Of a DNA stretch of 64,000 nt, positions 24,916 through 39,044 are shown piece after piece. Every line of letters begins with the position of its first letter. The stretch's first letter is position 1. The position numbers and the translations under genes were made by a program. Under the pieces are notes generated by a model. That model was not told the DNA's origin, searched no databases, and saw only the letters and a program-made list of their open reading frames with translations. This stretch comes from the human T2T-CHM13v2.0 reference genome, Homo sapiens: the NCBI RefSeq assembly GCF_009914755.1, contig NC_060928.1. One strand, written 5' to 3'.

Positions 24916-26969
24916 GAAAGAATCTACAAGTAGATATGCCTCCTCCTCGGTTACATGGAAATAAAGTGTCATGAGATTGTCTGTGATCAGCTCATGAGGA
25001 TAGGCCATACATATGTAAGCAGTTACTGCTTAGAACAGAACTAACCTTATAGAAAGCGGTAGTTACTGCCTGCCAGATTAAATCTTCTAACGTAGATGTT
25101 AAAATTAGTGCCGAGGGAAGGAGAGACAAAGCTGCTATCATATAATATTATTCTATTACTCATAAGAAGTATTATTTCATTAAATAGATTAAGTGAAAAT
25201 CTAGAATAAGAAGTCAAACGCAGCATTGGCACATTGGCAAATTAAAGGCAACTAATGCAACGAAACATGGGCAATGAACATAGGGTCATGTTTAAAGCAT
25301 TATGTAGGTATAAAGTAGTAGGTTGTATGTAGGATTAATAACAGTAGACATTTGAATTAATAACAGTAGTGGCAAAATGGGAGTTTCTTTCAATAGTGTC
25401 TGCCTATTTCTGTGAAATGGGAAAGGGCACATTTACCTTGGGGGAAATGTACATTTATGTTAGGAAATGATTTTATGTGGAACTGACAACACTGTCATGT
25501 ACAAAAGCGTTTTAGCAGATGGGGTGGCACGTTTCGGTACAGCAATACCACTTGTTTTCTTTTACATAATAGTACTATATAGAATACATTAAACCTGTAG
25601 CATATTTCTTTGGCTCGTGGGGCTAACCACCACTCTTCTAGTAACTGCACCAGGGTTTTTGCCTTATCAAGCTTCCATGAAAGAAGCAAATTTACTTTTA
25701 ATGTAATTAAAATTGTTTGACTTTCAATTTCTGTTTTGAATAGTCATTCTATTTTGATTTTTATCATTGTAGTTGCTCTTCAATTTTGACAACTTACATG
25801 TTTGTATGGCAAAGTATTCAATATGTTTCGTGCTATTTTATAACTATGCTCTTTAATTATAAGAATATATAAATAGTATGATAAATAAGATATGTATTTT
25901 TTAACGAAAATTAAATTCCATTAAAGTACTCTACTTTCTAAGGTAGGTGAGAAGTTCACCTTAAGATTTACTGAATTTTTTCTGCCCCTCACGTCAGTTG
26001 TACCAGGTCTTGAGCCTAACGTGGTAAAGAAAACTGGGAAAGAACCCAGGGTTTTAGATGTTATTGCTAGCATTGATTTTACAAAAGTTCACTCAGTGTG
26101 GCCCATTCACATTTGCAAGCCAAACTCAGTAATCATGACAAATTTTCTAGATTCAAAATTTATATTACAGATAATCACACAAGAAAGAGATTTTGCTGTC
26201 TCTCGGAATACTACATTTTCAATCATAGTTCAAGTTTCTGCCACTCAAATTATTCAGCTGCCCTCTTTTCTAATGTCCGTAGATCTACCAGTTTCTAGGT
26301 TTAAGACCTCACATCTTCCACATATCCTCTGTTTTACTTCTCTTGTCTCAACTACCTAGAGACCCAAGAATTGTTTACGAAAAAAGGCCTACAAAGAGCT
26401 TCTGTTCAGAGTGGGACTGTCCCTGTCTGTAATTCCTCTCTTTACTACATTAACAAAAAGTCTGTTCCTTTAACTCTGGAAGGAAGAAGAGTCCACACTG
26501 AAAACAAAACAACAGCAACAACAACAACAAAAAATCCTGACAACTTGTAATGACAGTGAGAGGGACAAGAAATTGTCTCTTCATCTATTTGCAACTGATG
26601 AATTCACTTACGTGAAAAAAAAACAGATATGGCAGAACAAAGCAAAAACCTATTCCCTACAATAAAATGCTAATAAAGCATGCTGTTACATATAAAAAGG
26701 TGTTTGTGCAGACACATGCAGACGTGTGTAAGAGAGAGGAGACACAAAGAGAAGAGCGAGGCGGTCAATTTTGGGGGAGAAATTTGATTCTGGTCTTAGA
26801 ATTAGGAAGCGTTTTGCTATGTGGGCTTCCCTTGAGCAACTTATCAATTTTGTTACATATACTATGAAATATACAATTGAAAACAATTTCTTTTTTACAT
26901 AATTTTATTTTTATTTCACTTTATTCTATAGACTTGGATTTTTTTTGCAAAGAGAATGGACAACATAAT

Positions 26970-27150
26970 CAGATAAACATGAGCTTAAATACTAGCTGTC
27001 CCTCTCACAACCAAAGTCCATTTGGTAATTTACTTTGTTTTTTGGAGGCTTGGTTTCTGCATTCACCAAATAGAGATGATGATATCCAGTCCATAAGACT
27101 GTAGTAAAAATTTTTTAATGAATTGGTAGTTAGAAATGCTCAAGATGTTT
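26970..27150 (+). mobile_element. MIR
   Basis: 'gagcttaaatactagctgtccc...ttggtaatttacttt...ggcttggtttctgcattcaccaaatagagatgatgata'. Confidence 0.55.
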
Positions 27151-27867
27151 ATGCTTTGCCCACCCTCAACAAACCATGTGAAATATTAACTGCATCCTTA
27201 ATTTTTTGTGTATATGTTTGAATGTTTTAAATAATTCATACAACTGTCTGAATTTTTCTTTCAGGGTTTATGTCCAAGTAGTTTTAAGTATCCAGAAAGA
27301 ATAAAATGAGACATAACAAAATAGAGAAAAAGTACAAAATCATGGCTCTTTATCTGCTTGTAGGAAGTATGAAACATTAGTGTCTAGTGCTAATATTAAT
27401 AACACAAGAAGTTGGAACAAAACTTAAAAGTAAGATATAATTATCAATTAAGAAAATGATGATGTTAATTTTCTGTAGAATACTGAAAGATAAATGAGTG
27501 ATTGAAATCAATATGATGACAACAGAGGACTGCTATCGTAAGTTCCTTGATTATTTTACTGCCAACAATAGCTGCTTAAAGTAAGGTTATATGCCAAAAT
27601 TTTCTTTCAAAATAAATAAAGATAATGGGACAAAATGTATAATTATAATGTTTCAAAAATTGTATAAAATATCATACCTATGACACAATTAAAAATAAGA
27701 AAGAAATTTACATTATTACAGAATTTTCTTTAAATGAAATAATCCATCAAAAATCTAAGCTTTTGGTGATGTTTTTGAAATATGAAATAATGGCTTCTTC
27801 CACTGCATTAAATATCCTGATGCATTTGACGACCATCTTCTAGCATGAAGCAAGATAATATTTCTGA

Positions 27868-28137
27868 TTTTTTTTTTTTTTTTTTTTTTGAGACAGAGTC
27901 TTGCTCTTGGCTCACTGCAACCTCCGCCTTCCCAGTTCAAGCGATTCTCCTGCCTCAGCCTTCCGAGTACCTGGGACTACAGGCGTCCGCCACCATGCCC
28001 AGCTAATTTTTGTATTTTTAGTAGAGACAGGGTTTCATTATGTTGGCCAAGATGGTCTTGATCTCCTGACCTCGTGATCCGCCTGCCTCAGCCTTCCAAA
28101 GTGCTGGGATTACAGGCGTGAGCCACCGCGCCTGGCC
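27868..28137 (-). mobile_element. AluS (AluSc-like) with a deletion in the right arm
   Basis: Poly-T tail, 'gagacagagtcttgctcttggctcactgcaacc', 'ggccaagatggtcttgatctcctgacctcgtgatcc'. Confidence 0.93.
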
Positions 28138-28230
28138 CAATATTTCTAATTTTTAGAATACAATTCACTGGAAAGTTTGTGTTCAAGTAAAGTCTTTTCT
28201 TCCTAAGATTTATTGTTATCTAAAAAGTGT

Positions 28231-28350
28231 GATAATAGTGATGGTACCACAATAGTGCGAATGTACTTAAAGCCATGAAACTGTACACTTAAAATGGTTA
28301 AAATGTTAGTTTTTATGTTATGTGTATTTTACAATTAAATTTTTAAAAAT
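28231..28350 (+). mobile_element. L1M (L1MB-type) 3' end
   Basis: 'gtgatggtaccacaatagtgcgaatgtacttaaagccatgaaactgtacacttaaaatggttaaaatg'. Confidence 0.85.
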
Positions 28351-28978
28351 AAATATGTAAAAATAAAAAAATTACTACCATTATTGGGGAAAAATCCTTT
28401 CCTCTTAAATCTTCTTTTTAATCCCTTTATCATACAAAATAAATTCATCTGGCTTCTTGTACTTTCCCCTGTTCTTTTAAAATGTTGAAATCTATGATGA
28501 CACAATACCAGAAAACAATGGAAAATAATTTGCCTAAAAAAAAATTCCCATAAAACAAACTCCCACAAACTTAAAAGAATTGAAATCACACAGACTGTTT
28601 TCTAATCATAATAAAAACATCTCGAAATTAGTGAGAAGTAAACATTAAAGATGAAAATCCAAAAACAAAATGAGACAAAATGCTTTTAAATAATCCTTGG
28701 GTGAAAAATGAAGGGTCAAAGAAAAGAATAAATTATATTAAATTTAATAAAAATAAACATATATGAAAATATGTAGGGCACAGCCAAAGTGGGCTGAGAG
28801 GAAAATGTATCATTAATTGCTTGTATTAGAAAGTAAGACAAGATCTTAAATTAAAAGTCTATGTCCTTACCTCAAGAAAATAAAAAAAGAAGAGCAAAAC
28901 CAAGCTTAAACTAGCAGAAGGAAGGCAATAATAGGGATAAGAGCAGGAATCAGTACAATTGAAAACAGGAAAGCAATG

Positions 28979-29385
28979 CAGTTTACCTATGGGTTCTGCA
29001 TGGGTGGATTCAATCTACCGTTGAATCTACAGGCTCTGCATTAATACACTCCACTCCACTATAGTATCTACAGGTTCCACATGGGTAGATTCAATCAAAC
29101 ACAATTCAACCAACATTAAATGGGAAAATATTTTGGGGAAAATAATACAAAACAACAATAAAAAATAATGCAAATTTAAAAATACAGTGTAACAACTATT
29201 AACATAGCTTTCACATTTCACTAGATATTATAAATAACCTAGGGATTACTTAAATATACTGGAGGATGTGCGTAGGTTATAAGCAAATAATGTGGCATTT
29301 TATGTAAGGGACTTTAGCATTTGTGAATTTTGTTATCCTTCAAGGGTTCTGGAAGAAATTTTCCCTGGATAACGAAGGATGACTA
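28979..29385 (+). mobile_element. Tigger-derived MITE (Tigger3a/MER7A-like)
   Basis: 'ggattcaa...aaaatattt...acagtgtaacaactatt...ggaggatgtgcgtaggttata...aagggacttt...ggataacgaaggatgacta'. Confidence 0.82.
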
Positions 29386-29683
29386 TACAGAGATTCAATG
29401 AAAAAACAAATCTAGTTCCCTTAAAAATTAATAAAATTGATAAACCTCTAGCAAAACTGACAAAGAAAAAAAGAAGAATAAAAGCATCATTACTAAAAAG
29501 TAATCAGTGATATCACTATAGATCTTGTAGATATTAGAAACATAAGAATATTCTAAATAACCTTACACTCATAAATTTGACAACTAGCAATCTATCAATT
29601 CCTTAAAAAACCAAGATATGATAAAATAGATAATATGATATTTTCTATAATTGTCCAATAAATTGAATTTGTAATTAAGTAGC

Positions 29684-29721
29684 AAACAAAACAAAACAAA
29701 ACAAAACAAACAAACAAAAAA
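29684..29721. repeat. (CAAAA)n repeat
   Basis: Directly visible. Confidence 0.9.
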
Positions 29722-29767
29722 CACCTCTAGGCCCAGATGGTTTCACTAGAGAATTCTACCAAACATG

Positions 29768-30055
29768 TTTCTGGGGGACAGATCTCACTCTGTCACTCAG
29801 GCTGGAGTGCAGTGAGGCAATCCCAACTCACTGCAACCTTCACCTCCTGAGTTTGAGGGATTTGCATGCCTCAGCCTCCAGAGTAGCTGGAACTACAGGC
29901 ACCTGCCACCACACCCTGCTAATTTTTGTATTTTTATTAGAGATGGGGTTTCGCCCTGTTGGTCAGGCTGGTCTCAAACTCCCAACCTCAAGTAATGTGC
30001 CCACCTCGGTCTACCAAAGTGCAAGGATTGTAAGCATGAGCCACTGCGCATGGCC
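29768..30055 (-). mobile_element. Alu (old AluS/AluJ) almost lacking a tail
   Basis: Full dimer flanked by a perfect 16-bp TSD gagaattctaccaaac (29749-29764 and 30058-30073). Confidence 0.93.
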
Positions 30056-31676
30056 TTGAGAATTCTACCAAACTTTTAAAGAATTAACACCAATGATACA
30101 CAGCATCATTCAAACACTAGAAGAAACATTTTAAAATTTCTTTTATGAGGAAATTTTATTCTCATACCAAAACCAGGGTGCACAAAAGAAAATAACTACA
30201 GACCAATATCTCTCATGAATTTTGATGCAAAAGTTCTCCACACATATCAGCAAATAGAATCTAGCAATGTGTCAAAAGAATTATACACCATGACTAAGTT
30301 AGATTTATTCCAGGTATGCGTAAGGCTGGTTTAACATTCAAAATCAATCAATGTAATCCACCATAACAACATGCTAAAAAACTAAACCAAACGGTTGTAA
30401 TAATGGATGCAGAAAAATATTTGATCAAATTGAACAGAAAATATATTCAGCAAACCAAGAACAGAGGTGAACATCCTCAACTTTATAAGAACCACCTACA
30501 AAAAACTTACAACTAATCTTATGTTTAATGACGAAAGGCTGATTATGTTCACTCTAAGAGTGGTAAAAATGCAACAATATCCATCTCACCACTCTTTGTT
30601 AACAGATTATAGGAAGTTTTAGACATTTCAGTACCACAATAGAAAAAATAAAAGGTAAGCAGATTGGAAAGGAAGAAAGAAAACTGTCCCTATTTGCAGA
30701 TGAAAGGGTTATCTATACAGAAAATTCCAAAGAATCTACAAAAAAATTAAATTAAATTTAAAAAACTAGAACAAATAATTTTAGCGGCCTTGCCAGGATA
30801 CAAGATAAATATGCAGAATGTAATTCCCCCAAAATTCCTAGCAGGGACATACACTTGAATCTGAAACAATTTAGCATTTTCTTATAAAATTAAGCATGCA
30901 ATTACCAAACTGTCCAACAATTGCACTATTGATTATTTATCCCAGATAAATAAAAATTATATCCACACAATAACCTATAAGTAAATGTTCTTAGCCCTAT
31001 ATTCATAATAACCAAAAACCTGAAAACAGCCTGGATGAACTTCAACAAATGAATGATTAAACAATCTGTAATACATCTATAGTATAGATTACTAGTCAAC
31101 AATTAAAAGGAAAACACTGTTGAAGTTTTCAATAGGGCAATTTAAAATGAATCTCCAGGTAATTATGTTGAGTGAAAAAAAAATCCCTAAAGGTTTACTG
31201 TATAATATACTGTATAGTAATAAAGCGTTGCTATATAATTCAATTTATACCACATTCATAATATAACCAAATTATAAAAGTGGAGAACAGATTATTACTG
31301 ACTGCCTGGGATTAGAAAGAGGAAGATGGAGAAAGGGAAGTGAGTATGGATATAAAAGGATGACACAAATGATCCCTGTGGTGATGGAAAGATTCTATAA
31401 ATGGACTGCATCAAAGTAAAAGTCAATATCCTGGTTGTCATACTGCACTATAGTTTTTGAAGATGTTACCCTTGTGGCTACTGGATTTGTGGTAAATGGG
31501 ATTCTCCTGTATTATTTCTTACAAATGTATATGAATGTATAATTATTCTAGAATAAAAAGTTTAATTAAAAAAGTTAAATTGTTTCCTAAATATATAAAA
31601 AAAAAAAAAAAACCACACACAGTAATACTTTCAGCCAAGTAAAACAATGCATTTTGAGGATATTCGGGTAAAAAAA

Positions 31677-31679
<3 letters not shown>

Positions 31680-31708
<29 letters not shown>
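31680..31708. repeat. (GT)n microsatellite
   Basis: Directly visible. Confidence 0.97.
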
Positions 31709-31710
<2 letters not shown>

Positions 31711-31859
31711 TTCACATATTTAAGTAAAAACTAAGTGATTTCTAGCACTAAAACTGAACATACATACAAAACTGTCATATTTCCTATTTTCGTTATATAC
31801 CCAACAAAAAATGTCTGCATAATTTTGCTAAAAGTTATATGCAACTCGTTAAAAACAAT

Positions 31860-32625
<766 letters not shown>

Positions 32626-34049
32626 AAAGATAAGTTCCATACTATGTCCCATGGTAAATACATATATGCAGTTCACATTCTTTGAATTTCTTTATACATT
32701 TCTACACATGAAATAATGAATGGACAGATAGTGATAGAATGGCAAAAATACAAATCACTGAAGATAACAAATGAAGAAACAATAATGAAATATATTTCAG
32801 GAAAATGCAAAAACAGAACTGAAAAATAAATTTTAGCAGTTAAATTAGTAGAAAATTTTTGAATGTCTCATTCAATAGAATTTTTACACTATTAGAAAAG
32901 AACAAGGAGATTTTATTGCAGATTTATCCATTTTTATCCATTTGGTCTCCCACCTAGCTGTGTGTGCTTAATCAGTTCTTCCTTATTCTACGTTTCTATT
33001 TTAACCTTTCCATTAGGATATGTTTTGTTCTTTTCTGCTTTTCATGGTGGGTGGGTGAGTGGGTGGGGGAGGCTTATTGATGTCAAATTATACTTGTATT
33101 AAATTTTTATCTTATAAAGAAATCCACACTACATTGTTTAATCTGTAAATGGAATGAGTATAGGCTAAATTCTTTCATCCAGGTCATGGACAATGATTTT
33201 AGGTAATATTTGCCTCAGGGCATATTCCCTGTGGTGACTATAATTAGAGAGTGCAGCTGTGGACTATAAGACTGTTCTTTTCTATAATCTTTTCCATGTG
33301 GCATTCACACAAGAATTTCTTTAGTTTTCAGAGGCAGCAACTCTTTGTCCAAATTAGTTCAGTTTGGTAGTTCTTCCAGATTCACTTCATCCTTGCTGTC
33401 TTTGATGATGAAACCTCCTGATTTCATAATGCCTCAGGCAAGGTGGGTCTGACATCCACCATTATTTTCCTAACACACTTCAACTTCTCTCCTACTTTGG
33501 AACCCATAAGTTTTTGTGCCTGGGATGTACAATAGTTTTGTCTGCCCTCTCTGTTTCGGCCCTGATCTATTTGTACTAGCCACACAGCCGGTAGATTGTC
33601 ACATTTAGCATTCTGAGGAGTGTCAGAATCATTTTGTATCATTTCCATCCTTTAGGCAAGATCAGCTTATCAAATGAAAAGTGTTAGAATACATAATAGA
33701 AGCAGATCATAGAGTCTCAGACAAGGATCACATTGTATGGTGTGGCTACCATATTCCTTATTAGACATTTGGAAGATGTAACTGCTGCTGAAAAAGAGGA
33801 ATCTGAAAGAGAAACCAATGAGGTTTCTTTTGTTGCCACACACATTGGAGATGAGGATTGTGCCTCATCTACAATGTGTGTGTGGTAACAAAAGAAACTC
33901 CAAGGTGACATAGTGACAGAGACCATCTAGACCAACCATTCTTAAAGAAGCACCAGTGGAAGAGGAGTCTCCTCTGCCTTCTCAACTATAGCCAAGCCTC
34001 TGTATAATGAGGCTGTTTGCTTCCAAGGAGAATAATGCGTTTAACAGAT

Positions 34050-34280
34050 ATGGAGCACTCATTGTGCACACAGAAACTATTTCTAACACTTTATTTGCAT
34101 TGTCTCATTTAATCCTTTGATAAAAGATTGAATTATAAAATCTTACTATGTCTCTTCTAGAGGTGTGAAATTGAAACAAAAAGAAGATAAATCACATGCC
34201 CAAATCCTACATCATATAACTTTTGGAGCTGGGATTTCTGTGCTGGCAAAGTTGACTCTAGAGTCTGAGTGCTTGGGTGC
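34050..34280 (-). mobile_element. MIR
   Basis: 'ctaacactttatttgcattgtctcatttaatcct...gaaattgaaac...ggagctgggatt'. Confidence 0.7.
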
Positions 34281-34500
34281 TTCTGGATGAGGAAGGAGAA
34301 ATGAAATAGATTAATGCTTAAATACTATCATCCTGTAATGAGGACATAAAACTCCTAAGGAAAGACTAGAAACAATCTTCCTCTCTGTATGATATTTAGG
34401 GCTGTCTCAACAAAGTGCCACGAACTACGTGAGGTTCAAAAACTTGCCCAAAAGTCCAGCATTAGTATATGAAGCCAGGCCGACTAACTCCAATGCCCTG

Positions 34501-34991
34501 TGTATTAGTATCCTGTGACTGCTGTAGCAACCTTAAACTGGTTGGCTTAAAGCAATAGAAATTTACTGTCTCATAGATTTGAAAGCTAGAAGGTCAAAAT
34601 CAAGAGTAGGCAGCGGCCATGCTGAAATCTGTAGGGAAATCCTTCCTGGCCACTTCCTAGATTCTGATGTTTATTGTTTATTTGGTTTTTGGTTTTGTTT
34701 TGTTTGTCCATCTTTGGCATTTCTTGGTTTGCAACTGCATAACCTCCATCCATGCCTTTGTTTTCACATAGCATTCTCTGTGTGTGTCTGTCTTTATTTA
34801 CATGGCCACCCTCTTTACAAGCACGTCACTCATATTTGATTAGACCCACCCACCCCCCTACACCAGTATGACCCTACCTTAACTAATTATATCTGCATGC
34901 ATCCCATTTTCAAAGTCACATCCAGAGGTACAGGGAAGTTAGGACTTCAGCACGTATATTTGGGGTGGAGAGAGTGCACTACTCAACCCAC
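34501..34991 (-). mobile_element. MaLR solo LTR, MLT1C-like
   Basis: 'tgtattagtatcctgtgactgctgtagca...ggcttaaagcaatagaaatttact...gttaggacttcagcacgtat...tcaacccaca'. Confidence 0.85.
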
Positions 34992-35144
34992 AGCACTCTC
35001 ATTCAAGCTGTCTTGTTCAATGAGAAACATGTTATACCTCTTTATAGAAATCAAGTAGTAAGAAATAAAAGAGACAGAGTGGAGAGGTCATTCTTTTGGT
35101 CCAATGGTAGCCAAAGTCATTCATTTAACAAAATATTATTAGGT

Positions 35145-35390
35145 AATATTTACCATTTATTAAGCAATTTACTCTATGCCAAATTTCAGCCTAAAAATGT
35201 TATAAGGATTGCTCAATTTAATACTTAGATTTATCCTATGAAGTAGATCCTACTATCATCTGTAGTTTATAAATGAGAAAACTGAAATTTATATGAGTCA
35301 AAAACCTTATCTGGTGTCACATAAGTCACTGTAAGCTGAAGAGAAAAGGTTGAAATCCTGTATAATATGAAACTATTATCTGCACTGTTA
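35145..35390 (-). mobile_element. MIR
   Basis: 'taccatttattaagc...cctatgaagtagat...tttataaatgagaaaactga...ccttatctggtgtcaca'. Confidence 0.7.
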
Positions 35391-36338
35391 AATACTTGCT
35401 TTGCAAAACAATATGTGAGTACACACAAAGACCGATACAAAGTTTCTGACATTCAGATGCTCATATCTATTTGATTTGTACATAGAGCTAAACTAAAAAA
35501 TCATCATCAGGTAGAACAATAAAAAAGATTACTTTTAAAAAGTAACAAAAAACCTCAGAAAGAGAAGTGACTGTTTAAAACTTGTGATACATAGAATATG
35601 AATCTATAACATTTGGATTTGAGGGGTTTTGCATTATCTTTGCCTGCTCCTGACTTCATGCTTATGGTTTTTCTAATGCTAGTTGATTATTATAGAATAA
35701 ATTTATGAAAAATCCTAATTATAAATTTGTTTGATGTTCTCAAATAAAAAGAACAACAAACAAAACAATTCTAGATAGGTCATCCAATTGTCAATGAGAA
35801 ACATATAACTTATCAATCAGTAATGTATGGAAAATGTGACACTTTTTAACCCTTAAAAAAACAAATAAAAGTAAAAGCCAGTGCTAAAAAATGTGTTGAA
35901 ACTACAAAGGATAATTCATAGTCAATTATAAATTCTGAATGATCCCTAAATAAAATTAATTAAATGCACATTTAAAAAATATATATTACCACTAATGGTT
36001 ACATAATTACTGAAATAATAACCACATGGAAAGAAGGTAAAATTATAATGTCTAGTAAAAAATAAATGTATTCCATTGAAGTATACAAATATTTATTTTA
36101 ATACACTAAATTTATATACATATATGTTTACACAGATATATACAGGTATAATAGTGATAATTTTACCTAAAAATTTCTGTGAAACATGTTAAAAAATAAA
36201 GCATTCTCTATGCAAAAGTACATGCAAAATCAGAACCCTAAGAGACATGTAGATTCATCATTTATTATTCAAATACATTATAAAAATGCCACAAAATAAA
36301 AAAATTTCCACCAGGAATATATTAGAAAAAACAATCTA

Positions 36339-36719
<381 letters not shown>

Positions 36720-36780
36720 TTAAATTAAAGCACTCCAAATTTTCTAAAACAGAGAGGTTTTTTGGTATTTTTGGTCTTTT

Positions 36781-37337
36781 TGATCCATGGAAATAAATGA
36801 AGACCAATCAAATGAGAAAAGCAAAGGCTCTTTACTGAGAACTTGCTATAGCAAGGGAGTCAGCCACGACCACTTGTGTTTTGACAGAGACTCAAAGGCA
36901 GGCAGAGGAGTGTGAAAGCTTTAGAGTAGAAAAAGAGAAAGACTTCAGGTGTGCCCCCTTTGGAGGCTCTTGGCCTGGGGAAGCTGTAGGTGGTTAATTA
37001 GAAGTGGGGCATCCTATCAGTTGGTTAGGGGTGCATATTGGGTTTTCTCTGGTCTGTCTTAAGTTAGAAGCAGGTACAAAAAAAAAATTGAGACGCTCTC
37101 AGTTATTAATCAAGCCCTAGCCATTTGGGGCCAATTATTACAAAAGTCACATTTTAGTTTTCTGAATTGCTACTAGAGATATGCCTGCCTTCCTATAAGA
37201 ATGCAATATTAGGTTGGCTTTCTGGGTTGCTTGTTGCAGTTAAGGAGGTTGGATTCCTGGGGAGGTTGCTGCAGGGTGTGAGTCAAAGTTCTATTTTTAC
37301 ATGTAGTCTTATCATTGTCTCCATATACAGGTTCTCA
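36781..37337 (-). mobile_element. ERV1 solo LTR, MER67-like
   Basis: The minus strand reads 'tgagaacctgtatatggagacaatg...taaaaatagaactttgactcacaccctgcagcaacctccccaggaatccaacc', like recalled MER67 consensus. TG...CA termini. Confidence 0.65.
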
Positions 37338-38379
37338 GCTCCTTGGTTGGGTTTTTTGATTTTCAATTAAAAATGAGAACATACAAGAGATTGCAAATGC
37401 CCATGCTTGAAACCAGAAGTAGCTTTCTGTTTTTGTTGTGTGTGTGTAGCTGTATCTATATCATATACTGGTAATGTTGTCAAGTTTTCTCTTTTCAATC
37501 CAGAAATTACTATCTTTTCACAAATAAACACCGGGAACTTTTGCCAGTAGAAGAACTTATAATGGTTGGGTAATGTTGGACTGTGTTTCTCCTGATAATA
37601 GTACAGTTTGAATCTTTTCTTTTTTGTTTTGAATTTTTCTACATTTGCAGATTGTAAGTATATGAAAGGAGAGGCTGCCAAAAGAAGGAAGTGTAATTGG
37701 ATTTAACTTGTCCACTGAATTGGAAGATGTTCTATTCCCAGAGGCTTTCTGAAAAGTTGTAAAATTCCAGGCTTTATGAGTCTTGATTGCTGTAATTAAC
37801 ATATGTGAAGTCTTTCAAGTGTCTTCAGAAGCAAGTATATCTACTGAAAACTACCTTCAAGCAGCTTTTAAGTAGAAGAAAGTCTGCTCCACAGAGAATA
37901 GCTCTCCATAAACGCATGGCTATTATCAAGGTCATAGTTTAGTACAAAATAGTTAATGTAAGCCTAATTTTGTATGAAATGTATATAGTTAACTGTGAGA
38001 AGACTAAAACTGCATATTCTTTAGAAAAGCTGTTTCATTTCTACTCTCAGAAAGACAGGGAAATTATGCAAAAAAAATGGCCTTAATGAAAATATGAAAG
38101 AGAATGCATCATTTATAAGGAATTTGGTACCACCTCTCCAAGAAGTTCAGAATTTGAAATTTAGAGCCTTTTATCCACATGTGGACCAGCACCAGGTGTA
38201 ATTTACTTTATGAGAGAAGGCAAGGTGTACTAGAAAAAAGACTGTACTTATTTCAGAATCAAAAGGCCTGAGTTCTAGTGATCCTTCTAACACCATTTGG
38301 AAAAGTGCCATCTTTCCCATTGGTAAATAAAGGAATTATGTTTGAGAATTTTAAATATTTTAAATATTTTTGGAGATTC

Positions 38380-38543
38380 TTTTTTTTGTTTGTTTTTTGG
38401 AGAAAGTCTTGGTTTGTTGCTCAGTGTGTAGTGCACTGACAAGATCATAGCTCACTGCAACCATGAGCTCCTAGGCTCAGGTGATCCTCCTGCCTTGGCC
38501 TCCCAAAGTGCTGGATCACAAGCATGAGCCACTATACCTGGCC
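38380..38543 (-). mobile_element. Alu monomer (FRAM/FAM-like)
   Basis: T tail and 'gatcatagctcactgcaac...gatcctcctgccttggcctcccaaagtgctgg...gagccactatacctggcc'. Confidence 0.88.
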
Positions 38544-39044
38544 TGAGGCTTATATTCTTAATGAAATTATTAGTCTTAAATATTATCGATTTTTAAATCA
38601 TAGAGATTCTTTCTAGTATCATAATTACAATTCCATAGTCTCTGTTTTTGATCTCCTTTTAATGTTTAGCCATAATGGACCAGGGGGAGGCAAAAAATAA
38701 TAGAAAAGATAAATCTTTTTAAGAAAATTATACTATAGTTATGAATACTATATGTAATATGAAATAAATGTATATCAATTTATGTTATCACATTTATAAG
38801 CAATATCATAATACAAAATCCTACATAAAACTCTATAGAAATATGTTCAGAAAAGGAAACAAACTATAATATTAAGACCCAAACAAAAATTTGTACTTTT
38901 TAAAGACAAATACACAATGAAGGGAAGGTAGATTGAGAGTTGTTTTTTTGTCTTTAGTAGACATCTGAAATATAAAGCCTTTTTGAAGAGAATGAATTTC
39001 AGTGCTTAAAATATTTATCAAAGTTTAATTCCTATAATAAATAG

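Larger units (their letters stand above)
28545..31575 (+). mobile_element. Old L1 (L1MD/L1MC-type) ORF2 remnant plus 3' UTR, interrupted by a Tigger MITE and an Alu
   Basis: ORF2 motifs 'ggcccagatggtttcactagagaattctaccaaac' and 'aactacagaccaatatctctcatgaa'. 3' end 'gatccctgtggtgatggaa...gtcaatatcctggttgt...tattatttcttacaa...aataaaaagtttaattaaaa'. Confidence 0.9.

Noticed and set aside
33300-34020. Unique, slightly GC-richer segment with 69-74 aa minus-strand ORFs
   Set aside because: There is no recognisable protein similarity or splice structure, and the ORF lengths are within chance expectation.
37615-37840. Strong acceptor-like tract 'tttttctacatttgcag' at about 37650
   Set aside because: There is no convincing downstream donor and no meaningful reading frame, so it is likely a chance site.
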